A stretch of DNA of 64,000 bases from Chloroflexota bacterium (GCA_021783095.1 JAJXUG010000014.1:1895-65894); one strand, 5' to 3'; positions 30,389 through 40,670 are shown, numbered from the stretch's first letter. A program made the numbers and translations. Notes: a model not told the origin generated them from the letters alone.

Positions 30389-30523
30389 ATGGTCATCTTC
30401 ACCGCGTTCGCGTTCCTCGTGCTGTTCTCCCTCATCGCCATTGTGGTGAGCGGAGAGGAGACACGAGAGTACCGCGATCCCCACGACAACCCGCTGCTCT
30501 GGGCCACGCTCGGTCGCCGCTAG
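30389..30523 (+). CDS. possible small membrane peptide (44 aa)
   Basis: ATG with a GGAAGG RBS-like sequence. Hydrophobic helix FTAFAFLVLFSLIAIVV. Confidence 0.3.
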   Translation: MVIFTAFAFLVLFSLIAIVVSGEETREYRDPHDNPLLWATLGRR

Positions 30524-30731
30524 GCGCGCCACGGGCTCCTGCAGCCGATCCTCGTCCGATCCGCGTTCGACGCCCCGGTCCCGCCGGGGCGTTTCTCGTG
30601 TCCGCCGCCTCGCCCGAAGCCGCCGCGGATCGGGCCGCGCCGCTCCAGCCGCTATGCTTGGCCACCGGTCGATCCGCCTAGGGAGTGCTCGTTCCACCTT
30701 GGACCTGACGCGTCCGTTGCGCCCCGCCCCG

Positions 30732-31640
30732 ATGACCAGTCTGCGTCCCTGGGCGGGCTCCCGTCTGGGCGAGGGCGTTGGCGAGCTGTGGGCGGCGGGG
30801 CCGGACTCGGCGGTGACACTGCCCGACGGCGGCAGCTGCACGCTCGACGAGCTGGCGGCCTCCGCTTCGGCCGCACTGGTGGGGAGCGCCGGCCTCGCCG
30901 CGCTGGGACCGCGGTTTCCGCTCCTCGCCAAGCTGATCGACCCCTCGGAGTGGCTCTCGCTGCAGGTCCATCCTGACGATGCGCTTGCGCGCCGCCTCTA
31001 CGGCCCCGGCACGTTGGGCAAGGACGAGTGCTGGGTCGTGCTCGAGGCGACGCCCGGCGCGCGGCTCGTCGTGGGCCCGAGGGCGGGACTGGGCAGCGAT
31101 GGCGTCCGCGCGGCGATCGCCGCCGGCGCGATGAGCTTCGGGGACCTGGCGGTGCACGATGCCGCCGCCGGCGATGTGCTCAACGTCCGGGCGGGCACCA
31201 TCCACGCCATCGGCCCGGGGACGTTCATCTACGAGCTCGAGCAGCCCTCCGACCTGACGTTCCGGATCAGCGACTGGGGCCGCCCGGCAACACCCGGCCG
31301 GCACCTCCACCTCGACGAGGCGCGCCAGGCCGTCGACCCGGCGCTGCGGGCCGAGGTCATCGGGAGGCGGTGGCGGCTCGACGGCGGCGTGCTGGAGGAG
31401 CGGCACCTGCGGCTCGAGGTGGTCGGCGGCGACGGCTCCGCGGCACGCGCGCCCCGCCACCCCGCGGGTCGGTCGCCCGATGTCGTCACGGCGGTTGGCG
31501 CACCGGTGGCGCTGTCGGGCGACGGCTGGGCCCAGACCCTCTCGCCGCTCGAGACGGCCGTGGTCCCGGCGGCCGTGGCCGCGTATGAGATCTCCACGGC
31601 CCCCGGCGGCCGCGCACTCGTGGGCAGCCTGCCGGGCTGA
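30732..31640 (+). CDS. manA: mannose-6-phosphate isomerase, class I (cupin)
   Basis: WLSLQVHPDD and GTIHAIGPGTFIYELEQPSDLTFRISDWGR motifs. Start chosen at MTSLRPW. Confidence 0.75.
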   Translation: MTSLRPWAGSRLGEGVGELWAAGPDSAVTLPDGGSCTLDELAASASAALVGSAGLAALGPRFPLLAKLIDPSEWLSLQVHPDDALARRLYGPGTLGKDECWVVLEATPGARLVVGPRAGLGSDGVRAAIAAGAMSFGDLAVHDAAAGDVLNVRAGTIHAIGPGTFIYELEQPSDLTFRISDWGRPATPGRHLHLDEARQAVDPALRAEVIGRRWRLDGGVLEERHLRLEVVGGDGSAARAPRHPAGRSPDVVTAVGAPVALSGDGWAQTLSPLETAVVPAAVAAYEISTAPGGRALVGSLPG

Positions 31641-31900
31641 TCCCGGCCCGGCAAGGTTGAGCCCCTGCGCTCCCTACCAGGTCCCCGCGGCGCGGCGGCG
31701 CACGAACGGCAGGCTGCCCGTTGGCAGGTGCGCCTCGAGACAGGTCACCCCCTCGCGCCCACGATCGCGTCGTGGCGGGTGCCGGACGGCGGGTCGAGGC
31801 GGTCGTCTACGAGGTGGTCCACGGCGCTGCCCAACCGCCCGCAGTCGCTGTCTGCCCGGCGCCGCCCCGCCAGGCCGTCCCGACAACCTACACTCGAGCG

Positions 31901-32905
31901 ATGGACCAGCCGCTGCCGCCGCTCCGCTACCTCTCGGCCTCAGACGTCGCCGCCGCGATGCCTGGCCTGCGGGAGCGACTGGCTCTCGCCGACGCCACCC
32001 TTCGCGGACTGGCGGGCCCCGCGGACCTGCCCGCCAAGATCGGCGTCCACCCGCGACCCGACGGCTCCTTCGGCCACGCGATGCCGGCCTTCCTGCCGGG
32101 CGCCGCCGGGGACGGGCTGGGGGATCGGCTGGGCATGAAATGGGTGCTGGGCTTCCCCGCCAACGCTGCACGGGGCCTGCCCGCGATCAGCGCGCTGCTG
32201 CTGCTCAACGACCCGCTGACCGGCCTCGCCACGGCGATCCTCGACGCGGGGCCCATCACGGCGCAGCGCACCGCCGCGGTGTCCGGGGTCGCCATCCGCG
32301 CCTGGGCCACCCCCGCCGAACCGGCGCGTCCGCGGGCCGCGCTCATCGGCGCCGGCGTGCAGGGGCACAGCCACCTGCCGGTCATCGCGCACCTCCTGCC
32401 CGGCGTGTCCGTCGGCATCTTCGACCGCGACCGGTCCCGCGCCGAGGCCCTGGCCGAGACGGCACGCCGGCTGCCGAGGGTGGGCCCCATCACGGTCGCC
32501 CCGTCTGCGCGTGCCGCCGTCGGAGGCGCGGACGTCGTCGTCACCGCCGCGTCGTTCGCACCGCCGGCCGAGCGCCAGGCCATGACCAATGACTGGCTGG
32601 CGCCCAACGCCCTCGTGGTCGCCGTCGACTACGCGACCATGTGCGCCGCCGAGGTGGCGCGCGACGCTGCCCTGTTCGTCACCGACCACACCGGGCAGTT
32701 CCTCGCCAGCCGTGATGACGGCCAGTTCGACGGGTACCCGGACCCGCACGCGATGATCGGCGAGGCGCTGGGCTCGGGCGATCCCCGGCCCGTCGGCCGA
32801 GTCGTGGCCACCCACCTGGGCACGGGCCTCGCGGACGTGGTGTTCGGGGCCGCGATCCTGGCCGAGGCAGAGCGTCGAGGGCTTGGCACGCCCCTGACCC
32901 GGTGA
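31901..32905 (+). CDS. ornithine cyclodeaminase / mu-crystallin family protein
   Basis: Rossmann LIGAGVQGHSHL and overall OCD_Mu_crystall similarity. Confidence 0.75.
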   Translation: MDQPLPPLRYLSASDVAAAMPGLRERLALADATLRGLAGPADLPAKIGVHPRPDGSFGHAMPAFLPGAAGDGLGDRLGMKWVLGFPANAARGLPAISALLLLNDPLTGLATAILDAGPITAQRTAAVSGVAIRAWATPAEPARPRAALIGAGVQGHSHLPVIAHLLPGVSVGIFDRDRSRAEALAETARRLPRVGPITVAPSARAAVGGADVVVTAASFAPPAERQAMTNDWLAPNALVVAVDYATMCAAEVARDAALFVTDHTGQFLASRDDGQFDGYPDPHAMIGEALGSGDPRPVGRVVATHLGTGLADVVFGAAILAEAERRGLGTPLTR

Positions 32906-33909
32906 GCCGCACGGCCGGGGCACCGGCTGGGGGCGCCAGCGTGGCGGCCCGGGGCAGCAGCGTCCTGTCTGGGTCGCTCGCCGCCGTGGTGGCCGCGAGC
33001 ATGTTCGGGATGCTGGGCCCGCTTGCGCGGTTCGCGAGCAATGCCGGCCTGCCGGGGATCGGCATGACGGCGTGGCGCGCCTTGCTGGGCGTCGCGTTCC
33101 TCGCGGTGCTGATCGGGGTGCGGGGCGCCAGGGGGGAGTCGCTGGCCGCGCTGCGCGCGCTGAGCCCCAGGGGACGTGCCGCGCTCGCGGTCGCCGCGCT
33201 CTCGGGCTTCGTCCTCAACGTGTCGATCTTCACGGCGTTCGGGCTGGTCCCGGTGGCGCTGGCCCTGATGCTCTTCTACACGTACCCCGCCGGCGTGGCC
33301 GTGGTGGACGTGCTGGCCGGCCACGAGCAGCTCACGCGCTGGCGCGCTGCCGCGCTCGCGCTGTCGATGGGCGGCGTCGTGCTCGTGCTCGCCGGCGGGA
33401 TGGGCGGCGCGGATGCCGGGGCGATCGCGCCCGAGGGGATCCTGCTCGGCCTCCTGGCGTCGGCGTCGCAGGTCGTCTTCGTGACGGTCAGCCGCCACGG
33501 GTACCGAGCGGTCCCGGCCGACACGGCGTCCCTCGTGATCATGGCGACGGCCGTGGTCGGCGCGATCGCGGTCGCGCTCGTGTCCGGCGAGGGCTCAGGG
33601 CTGCTGGTGCCGTTCACCACGCCCCGCGTCTGGCCCCTGATCCTCCTCGCCGGGGTCGCGGCGGCGGGGATCTCGTCACTCCTGTTCCTGCTCGCGATCC
33701 GCCAGATCGGCGGCACGCGCACGGGCATCCTGATGCTGTTCGAGCCGGTGGTCGGCGTCCTGCTCGCGGCGGTGCTCCTCGGCGAATCGTTGACGCCCGC
33801 GCAGGCGGTGGGGGCGGCGCTCGTCCTGCTCGGCGCGCTCGTCCTGCAGCGCCGCTCGGAGCCGGAGCTCGATCCGCTGGTCGAGACCGCAGCGGGGCCG
33901 ATCGTCTGA
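32902..33909 (+). CDS. DMT-superfamily (EamA) transporter
   Basis: 10 TM helices with duplicated EamA domains. Its GTG start overlaps the previous stop. Confidence 0.7.
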   Translation: MSRTAGAPAGGASVAARGSSVLSGSLAAVVAASMFGMLGPLARFASNAGLPGIGMTAWRALLGVAFLAVLIGVRGARGESLAALRALSPRGRAALAVAALSGFVLNVSIFTAFGLVPVALALMLFYTYPAGVAVVDVLAGHEQLTRWRAAALALSMGGVVLVLAGGMGGADAGAIAPEGILLGLLASASQVVFVTVSRHGYRAVPADTASLVIMATAVVGAIAVALVSGEGSGLLVPFTTPRVWPLILLAGVAAAGISSLLFLLAIRQIGGTRTGILMLFEPVVGVLLAAVLLGESLTPAQAVGAALVLLGALVLQRRSEPELDPLVETAAGPIV

Positions 33910-34043
33910 CCGGCCGCGAGGGCCACCCGCCAGGCTCGCGGGAGGCCGCGCGTCCCGCGGCCCCGCGCGGCCCGAACTCGTCGGCTAAGGTACGACTGTG
34001 GTCCGGACGCCGCCCGGACACGACGGAGCGGAGGCCATCGACG

Positions 34044-34751
34044 ATGGTCAGGGTCGAGGGGCTGGTTGATCGAGTCGCCGTCGTGACGGGCGGTGGGCGC
34101 GGCATCGGCCTCGCCATCTGCCACGTCCTGCGTGAGAACGGGGCTCGGGTCGCCACCCTGGACCTCACGCCGCCCGAGGAGCCGGGGCTGCTGGGCATCG
34201 AGGCCGACGTGTCCGACGAGGCGGCCGTCCACGCCGCCTTCGACGAGATCGAGGCGAAGCTCGGACCTCCGTCCATCCTCGTGCTCAACGCCGGCATCCT
34301 GCCGCTCGTCCCCCTCGAGCAGACTTCCGTCGAGCTGTGGGAGCAGACCCTCGCGATCAACCTGACCGGGGCGTTCCTGTGCGCGCGCCGAGCGCTGCCC
34401 GGGATGCGGGCGATGGGCTACGGCCGTGTGGTCGGGCTGGGCGCGGCCGTCGGCAAGTCGGGCGGCGCGCGGTCCGCCGCCTACGCCGCCTCGAAGGCGG
34501 GGCTCATGATCCTGGTCAAGTCGATCGCCGCCGAGTACGCCCACCAGGGCGTGACCGCGAACGTCGTGGCACCCGCGCTGATCGACACGCAGCTCCTCGC
34601 CGCTACCCACGAGATGGCCGGGCGCGTCCCGGTGGGCCGCCTCGGCACACCCGAGGAGGTTGCGGGGGCGGTCGCGTTCCTCGTCTCGTCCGAGGCCGGC
34701 TACATCACCGGCGAGGTGCTCGACATCAACGGCGGCACGCTGATCGACTGA
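34044..34751 (+). CDS. SDR-family oxidoreductase (3-oxoacyl-ACP reductase-like)
   Basis: TGGGRGIG cofactor motif, the NAG motif, the catalytic YAASK and the C-terminal GxxLxxxGG. GGAGG RBS. Confidence 0.85.
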   Translation: MVRVEGLVDRVAVVTGGGRGIGLAICHVLRENGARVATLDLTPPEEPGLLGIEADVSDEAAVHAAFDEIEAKLGPPSILVLNAGILPLVPLEQTSVELWEQTLAINLTGAFLCARRALPGMRAMGYGRVVGLGAAVGKSGGARSAAYAASKAGLMILVKSIAAEYAHQGVTANVVAPALIDTQLLAATHEMAGRVPVGRLGTPEEVAGAVAFLVSSEAGYITGEVLDINGGTLID

Positions 34752-35259
34752 CCGACGCCCAGGCGCCGCATCGCGCCGGCTGGGCTTTCTCGTTCCGCGG
34801 CCGACGGCCCCGCCCCGTGCACCCAACGGACCTGCCGGCGGTCCGCCCGCCGTGAGGGCCGTGCCATGCCGCAAACCGCAGGCTCGGACCGCCATCTGGA
34901 GCACCTGCAGGCCCGTCTGGGGCGTGCACCTCCCGCAGGGCCGCCCCGTGGACGGCCGCCCGCGGGGTGTCTCCAGGAGGTTGCGCGGCGGGGCCTCGGG
35001 CAGGTGGGGGCAGTCGCGGGCACGTGCCGCAGCTCCAGTGTCCCGGCTCGCCAATCCCCCGCCGGCTGAGTCGCGTCAGGTTCAGGAGCGCCTCCCGCGC
35101 GCACGGGCCACGACCCGGGCCCCCGGCCCGGGCCGGCGCCCGCGCACGCCGCCGCCCGCGGCGAGTCCAGCGCGACTCAGAAGGGGGCGCGCGGCTGCGG
35201 CGCCGGGCGGCAGCCGGCGAGCGGGCTTCAGGAGCGGGGCACCAGCCGCCGTCTGCAGC

Positions 35260-35871
35260 TCAGTCGAAGGGTGGCACCTCGGCATCGTGACGGGCGAGCG
35301 ACCAGTTGAGGTAGCGCTCGTCCCCGGTGACCTCGCGCCACTCGCCCACCCAGCCGGGCAGTTGCACCGGCTCGTCCTCGGAGGCCAGCTCCACCTCCAC
35401 CACGGTCAGCCCGGCCGGTTCCTCGAACACGTCGATCTCGAGCGTCTGCCCGCCGTGCGCCACGACGTGGCGCGTCTTGCGGATCGGCCGCCGTCGCGGG
35501 TCGGCGCGAGCGAGGGCCGCGATCCACTCGGCCTCGCTGATCTCGTCCTCGGCCTCGTCGAAGCTGAACGCGCCGATCCGCCGCTTGCGGTTGCGGCGGA
35601 AGGTCGACGTGCCGTCGGGCAGTTCCGTTCGCCGGATGCGGCTCCCTCCGGGCGCGTCGGGCCCGGCGTACGGGTCGGGCAGCAGGTACACCTGCTCGAT
35701 CCGCTTCGCCATTGCTCGGTGGGCTGACAGCGTGGCCGCGTCCGGCGCGGCCCGAAGCCGGAACTTGCGCTCGATCTCGATCCCGCGGGGACTCACCGGC
35801 TCATCCTGGACGGCGCGGCCTCGCAGGTCTCGCAGGATGGGCGGCCGAGGCCGCCCAAACCCGCGCTGCAT
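35260..35871 (-). CDS. CYTH-domain protein (CyaB/ThTPase-like triphosphate tunnel metalloenzyme)
   Basis: EIERKF N-terminal motif and acidic beta-strands. Start may be an internal GTG. Confidence 0.6.
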   Translation of the reverse strand: MQRGFGRPRPPILRDLRGRAVQDEPVSPRGIEIERKFRLRAAPDAATLSAHRAMAKRIEQVYLLPDPYAGPDAPGGSRIRRTELPDGTSTFRRNRKRRIGAFSFDEAEDEISEAEWIAALARADPRRRPIRKTRHVVAHGGQTLEIDVFEEPAGLTVVEVELASEDEPVQLPGWVGEWREVTGDERYLNWSLARHDAEVPPFD

Positions 35872-35889
35872 CCTCTGCGACGCCCCTGC

Positions 35890-36570
35890 TCAGGGGATCC
35901 GCCCGAGGCTCGTGGTCGCCTGGGCCTCCAGCGCGGCTGCCGAGGCGACGGGCTTGCCGATCCCGAGGTCGCTGATCGCGAAGAAGTCCAAACCCTTGAG
36001 GACGTAGATGGATGAACCGTTGATTGTCATGCCGCTGACCGTCTCGCCCACGGTGGCCACCGCGGCCGCGTCGCCGATGCCCGACACGACCGACACCTTG
36101 AGGTCGGTTCCAGCCTGCTTCTGGAGGCCGGCGAGGAACTGGGCCTTGCCCTGGTTGACGGCCGCCTGGTTCGGGGCCAGGAGGATCGAGACGACGAAGA
36201 TCACGCCGGCGGCCTGGTAGTTGCAGTGCAGGACGTTCTGGACATCGGCTTCCTTGCCGGCGGAGAGCGTCGTGCCCGCGAGCTTGTCGGCTTCGTCCTT
36301 GGTGACCAGCTGACAGGGGTCGATCGCGGTCGGCGCGGCGGTCGGCCCGGTCGTGGCCGCGGCCGCGCTGGGCGCAGTCGATGCCGCCGCGGACGGGGCC
36401 GCCGAGGCGGACGGCGCTACCGAGGGTGCTACAGGCCCAGCCGACGCGGGGGCGCTTGCCGCTGGCAGGGATGCGGCGGAGGCCGCTGATGAGGGGCCGG
36501 ACGAACCGCCGCAGGCGCCGACCAGGGCAGCGACAAGCGGAACCACCAACAGCCGCGGGGACGCGCGCAT
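35890..36570 (-). CDS. DUF3558-family lipoprotein
   Basis: Lipobox LVGACGG, an Ala/Ser/Pro-rich linker, then DPCQLVT, which is typical of actinobacterial DUF3558. Confidence 0.6.
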   Translation of the reverse strand: MRASPRLLVVPLVAALVGACGGSSGPSSAASAASLPAASAPASAGPVAPSVAPSASAAPSAAASTAPSAAAATTGPTAAPTAIDPCQLVTKDEADKLAGTTLSAGKEADVQNVLHCNYQAAGVIFVVSILLAPNQAAVNQGKAQFLAGLQKQAGTDLKVSVVSGIGDAAAVATVGETVSGMTINGSSIYVLKGLDFFAISDLGIGKPVASAAALEAQATTSLGRIP

Positions 36571-36822
36571 GGAAGGCACCTCGACCTGACTCACCGGGTT
36601 GACCGGGCCCCCCGGTCATGACCGAAGGCGAGGGCCCGCAGTATGGCACCGCACTCCCAACCGCGCAGGCGGGCCATTCGACGACGGCGGCGTCCAGAAT
36701 CCCAGGCCGCAGGAACCCTCGTTTGACGCCCCGGCGGAACGCGCGGACACTTTCGCCGAGACAGCTGTCAGGAATCGGCGCCCTGCCATCGCCGCACGAG
36801 CGCCCCCAGTCGGAGGCCGCAC

Positions 36823-37251
36823 ATGTCCCCGCTTCGTCTTCTCGCCCCCCGGACCGTCGTCCGCGCCCACTGCGACCTGCCCTGCGGCATCTATGACCCG
36901 GAGCAGGCGCGCATCGAGGCCGAGTCCTGCTACCGGATCGTGGAGAAGTACCTCGCCAATGAGGACCCCACCTTCCGGACGCGCGCGATCCACATCAAGG
37001 AAGAGCGCGCCGACCTCGTCAAGCACCACCTCGACGTCCTCTGGCACGACTACTTCAAGCCCGAGCACCTCGAGGCCGTGCCGAACCTGCACCAGCTGTT
37101 CTGGGACGCGAACAAGCAGGTCTCGAAGGTCAAGGCCTCGACCAGCCTCGACGACGCCAGGAAGCTGCTCGACCTGATCGACCAGGTCGACGCCGCGTGG
37201 AAGACCACCGGCGGCGAGGGCAAGACGCGCGTCGCCGGTCGCCCCGGCTGA
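36823..37251 (+). CDS. sodN: nickel-containing superoxide dismutase precursor
   Basis: A 14-aa propeptide followed by the Ni-hook HCDLPCGIYDP. Full-length NiSOD similarity. GGAGG RBS. Confidence 0.9.
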   Translation: MSPLRLLAPRTVVRAHCDLPCGIYDPEQARIEAESCYRIVEKYLANEDPTFRTRAIHIKEERADLVKHHLDVLWHDYFKPEHLEAVPNLHQLFWDANKQVSKVKASTSLDDARKLLDLIDQVDAAWKTTGGEGKTRVAGRPG

Positions 37252-37293
37252 TCCCGTCCCTTCTCGATACTCGCTCCTGAGGCCTCGTCCGAG

Positions 37294-37818
37294 ATGACCG
37301 TGACGGGGCCTCGGCGCGTTCGGGGGGCGTTGCGGCCGGGCGCCGGCGGCCCGCTCGGGCTGCGGGGGTTGCGCGGCCGACTCAAGGGGCCGTGGCGGGT
37401 GGCGGTGGCCGAGGCGTCGATGACGCCGTCGATCCTCGCGGGCGACTGGCTGCTGGTGGACCCGTCCGTGGGGCGCTGGCCGCGTCGCGGCTCGGTGGTG
37501 GTGTTCCGCGAGCCTGGATCCGGCGTGCTCGTCATCAAGCGCGTGGCAGGCCGACCGGGCGACTGGGTCCCCTTCTCCGACGCCTGGCTCCGGCTGGCCG
37601 ACGACGAGGCGTGGCTGATGTCCGACGCCGACGACGAGGCGCTGGAGGCCGACGGGCACGGGCGCGCCGTGGACTCTCGCGCCTACGGCCCGGTGCCGGT
37701 CGAGGCGTTGGTGGGCCGGGCCTGGTTCCGCTACTGGCCGGTTCGCAGGGTGGGTCGCCTGCCGAAGCCGCCGGTGCCGGCGTTCCGACGCGGCCCGGGA
37801 CCGGCGCCGAGGGACTGA
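37294..37818 (+). CDS. sodX: signal peptidase S26-family NiSOD maturation protease
   Basis: Located immediately downstream of sodN. S26 catalytic Ser context SMTPSILAGDWLLV and K in VIKRV. Confidence 0.8.
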   Translation: MTVTGPRRVRGALRPGAGGPLGLRGLRGRLKGPWRVAVAEASMTPSILAGDWLLVDPSVGRWPRRGSVVVFREPGSGVLVIKRVAGRPGDWVPFSDAWLRLADDEAWLMSDADDEALEADGHGRAVDSRAYGPVPVEALVGRAWFRYWPVRRVGRLPKPPVPAFRRGPGPAPRD

Positions 37819-37890
37819 CCAGCGCCGGGTCGCGGTCGCGCGCCGGAGGAGGGGCTCGACCCGACGGCCTCGCTCCCCTACGATCTGCTG

Positions 37891-39102
37891 ATGAGCGAAC
37901 TGCGGTCCCACCCAGGCGGCTTCGACCCCGAGGCGCCCCTCCCCGCGGCCCCCGACCCCTGGCAGCCCCTGCCCATGCCCCACCTCCGCGACGCCCCGCC
38001 CTGGGCCATGGCGGAGATGATCTCGGCCGAGCCCGCGCTCGTCGCCCGCGTGGGCCAGCGGCTCCTCGACGACGGCTCCGCGGCCGCCCTCGCCGCATTG
38101 ACCCGAGACACGATCGGCCGCGGCGAGACGGTGGTCGTCACGGGCTGCGGCACGTCTGACTACGCGGGCCGGGGCGCGGCCGCGATCCTCCGAGAAGCCT
38201 GCGCTGCCGCGGGGCTCCCCGCGCCCGGACCGCAGTCGGCCGGCGCGTTCGAGCTCTCGTGCGACCCGCCGAGCGGCCTCGTCATCGGCGTCAGCCACGA
38301 GGGCGGCACCGCCGCGACGATCGCCGCGCTGGACGCAGCCCGGCAACGCGGCGCCCGCACCGCGCTCATCACCGGCAGCGCCAACTCGCCGGCAGCCAAG
38401 GGCTGCGACGTGGTGCTGGCAACCGTGGAGATGGACCGCTCATGGTGCCACACCGTGGGCTACGTCTCGCCACTCGCCGCAGCGTGCGTCACTGCGGGGC
38501 TCATCGCCGGCCACACGCCGGACCCGCAGCGCCTCCGCCGGCGCCTCGCCATGGGGCTCGACGCCGCCCGCGGCCACCACGGCGCCATGGGCAACGCCGC
38601 CGCACGGGCCAAGCAGCTGCTCGTGATCGCGACGGGCGCCGACCGGATCACGGCCCGCGAACTGTCGCTCAAGGTGGAGGAGGCGGCCTGGCTGCCCACC
38701 ACGGCCCGCGCCCTCGAGACGTTCCTCCACGGCCACCTGCCGGCGACCGGGCCTGACACGGCCCTGGTCCTGTTGCTGCTCGAGCGCGGCGCCATCGAGC
38801 GTCGTGCCGCGCGGGCGCGCCAGGCCCTGGCGGCGGCCGCCGTGGTGGGCATCAGGCCGGGGGCGATCCTCGGCGAACAGGCCGCCGCGCTGATCGGGGA
38901 CACCCTGACGCCGGCCGGGCGCATCGTCGTGCCCGACATGCCCGAGCTGCCCAACGAGGCGGCGGCGCTGCTGGGCGCTGCAGCGCCGTTGCAGCTCCTG
39001 ACGCTGGCCATTGCCGCGGCCCGCGGGACCAACCCGGATCCGATCCGCCGCGACGACCCGCGCTACCTGCGCGCTGCAGACGTGGCGGACACGCCGTTCT
39101 GA
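37891..39102 (+). CDS. SIS-domain sugar-phosphate isomerase/aminotransferase-like protein (two SIS domains, GlmS-C/AgaS-like)
   Basis: Two SIS repeats (VVVTGCGTSDYA...; LLVIATGADRITARELSLKVEE). Start may be an internal Met. Confidence 0.7.
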   Translation: MSELRSHPGGFDPEAPLPAAPDPWQPLPMPHLRDAPPWAMAEMISAEPALVARVGQRLLDDGSAAALAALTRDTIGRGETVVVTGCGTSDYAGRGAAAILREACAAAGLPAPGPQSAGAFELSCDPPSGLVIGVSHEGGTAATIAALDAARQRGARTALITGSANSPAAKGCDVVLATVEMDRSWCHTVGYVSPLAAACVTAGLIAGHTPDPQRLRRRLAMGLDAARGHHGAMGNAAARAKQLLVIATGADRITARELSLKVEEAAWLPTTARALETFLHGHLPATGPDTALVLLLLERGAIERRAARARQALAAAAVVGIRPGAILGEQAAALIGDTLTPAGRIVVPDMPELPNEAAALLGAAAPLQLLTLAIAAARGTNPDPIRRDDPRYLRAADVADTPF

Positions 39103-39225
39103 CGGCTGCCGACACGGGGGCGGCCGAAGCCGGGCTGATCCGGGCCCGGCCACTCGGGTCGAAGCCGGGCCAGTCGGGACCGACGGAAGGCCGGAGGGGC
39201 GGGAGCAGGCCCGAGTCTGCGACGA

Positions 39226-39711
39226 CTACGCCCGCTCGCCCGCCAGGTAGGCCCCGAGCGCCTCGACGATCAGTGCGTGGTCGCGCTCCTGGGGCAGCCC
39301 CGACACGAGCGCCACACCCACGACGCCCGTCCCGCGGACGGCCAGCGGGTAGCCGCCGCCGTGCGGCGCGTACGCGGGCCGGCCGAGCCCGGTCGAGGCC
39401 TCGAACGTCGTGCCCTCGGCGAGGTACCGCTGGCGGACGTACCAGGAGGAGTGCCCGAAGCGCTCGACCACGGCCGCCTTGCCCGCGATCCACACGTCGT
39501 TGTCGGGCGATGTCCCCGGCAGCGCCGCCCGGAACACCACCCGGCCCACCCGCCGCACCTCGATGGTGACGGCGAGCGACCGCGCCTGGGCGCGGGCAAG
39601 GAGCAGCGTCCCGATCGCGATGGCATCGGCCTCATCCAGCGAGGGCAGCGCCAGGCGCCCCTCCTCCTCGAGCAGCGCCGCCGGGTCAGTCGCAGATTCG
39701 ACCGTGCTCAT
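39226..39711 (-). CDS. DUF336 / GlcG/HbpS-like heme-binding protein
   Basis: HGGGYPLAVRGTGVVGVALVSGLPQERDHAL motif region. Its start overlaps the LLM stop (TGATG). Confidence 0.7.
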   Translation of the reverse strand: MSTVESATDPAALLEEEGRLALPSLDEADAIAIGTLLLARAQARSLAVTIEVRRVGRVVFRAALPGTSPDNDVWIAGKAAVVERFGHSSWYVRQRYLAEGTTFEASTGLGRPAYAPHGGGYPLAVRGTGVVGVALVSGLPQERDHALIVEALGAYLAGERA

Positions 39712-40670
39712 CAGAACAGCATCTCCGCCATCAGGTCGATCATCGGGAGGTCCCACGGCAGGAAGTCCTGGAGCATGAGCCGCTCCGCGCCCGCCGCCTC
39801 GAACCGCGCCACAGCCTCGCGGGCCTGGTCACGCCCGCCGTAGACCCAGCGCGGCTTGCGCTCGGCGAACCAGGCGTCGAAATCCTCGCCCGCCCCGCCG
39901 AACAGGTCCGCGACGGCCGTCTCGCGGCGCCGGAGCTCGTCCTCGTCTCGCCCGAGGAGCACGCCCGCCATCGCGGAGTGGGCCAGGCTCGAGGGCTCGC
40001 GGCCAATCGCCTCGCAGGCCGCATCGAGGGCCGCGTACTTCTCGGCCGCCACCTCCGGGCTGGACGACGAGAGGTTGAACTCGTCCGCGTGGCGAGCCGC
40101 GATCCGCAAGGCGCGCGGCGAGCCGGTGCCGCCGGTGATGAGGTTCGGCCGCCCGCCGTCCCGGCCGGGCAGCGAGGCCGGCTTCGGCCGGAACAACGCG
40201 TCCTCCACGGTGTAGTGGCGGCCCGCGAACGACCAGCCGTCGGGGCCCTCCCAGAGCCCGTGGAGGATCTCGAGCGTCTCCTCCAGGCGTTCCGCCCGCT
40301 CTCCGATGGGCGGGAACGGGAACCCGTGGGCCACATGCTCGTGATCGTGCCAGCCCGCGCCCAGACCCAGCTCGATGCGCCCGCCCGACATCTCGTCCAC
40401 GGTCACGGCGACCTTGGCCAGGTTGCCCGGCGTCCGGAACGTCACCGGCGACACGAGCGCCCCGAGCTTGATCGTGGTCGTCTCGCGCGCAAGGCCGGCG
40501 AGCACCGCCCAGGCGTCCGTCGTGGGTCTGCCGGCCTCACCCGGGAAGCTCTCGTAGTGGTCCGACCGGAACAGCGTCTCGAAGCCGAGCGCCTCGGCCC
40601 GTTGGGCGATGGCCAGCTGCTCCGCGTACGAAAGACCCTGCTGCGGCTCGATCATCAGCGAGAAGCGCAT
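39711..40670 (-). CDS. LLM-class F420-dependent oxidoreductase
   Basis: Luciferase-like monooxygenase sequence (MRFSLMIEPQQG...LGLGAGWHDHEH...). Confidence 0.85.
   Translation of the reverse strand: MRFSLMIEPQQGLSYAEQLAIAQRAEALGFETLFRSDHYESFPGEAGRPTTDAWAVLAGLARETTTIKLGALVSPVTFRTPGNLAKVAVTVDEMSGGRIELGLGAGWHDHEHVAHGFPFPPIGERAERLEETLEILHGLWEGPDGWSFAGRHYTVEDALFRPKPASLPGRDGGRPNLITGGTGSPRALRIAARHADEFNLSSSSPEVAAEKYAALDAACEAIGREPSSLAHSAMAGVLLGRDEDELRRRETAVADLFGGAGEDFDAWFAERKPRWVYGGRDQAREAVARFEAAGAERLMLQDFLPWDLPMIDLMAEMLF

Noticed and set aside
38160-39153. Minus-strand ORFs overlapping the SIS-domain gene
   Set aside because: They lie out of frame or antisense to a gene with two clear SIS repeats, and their composition is low-complexity.
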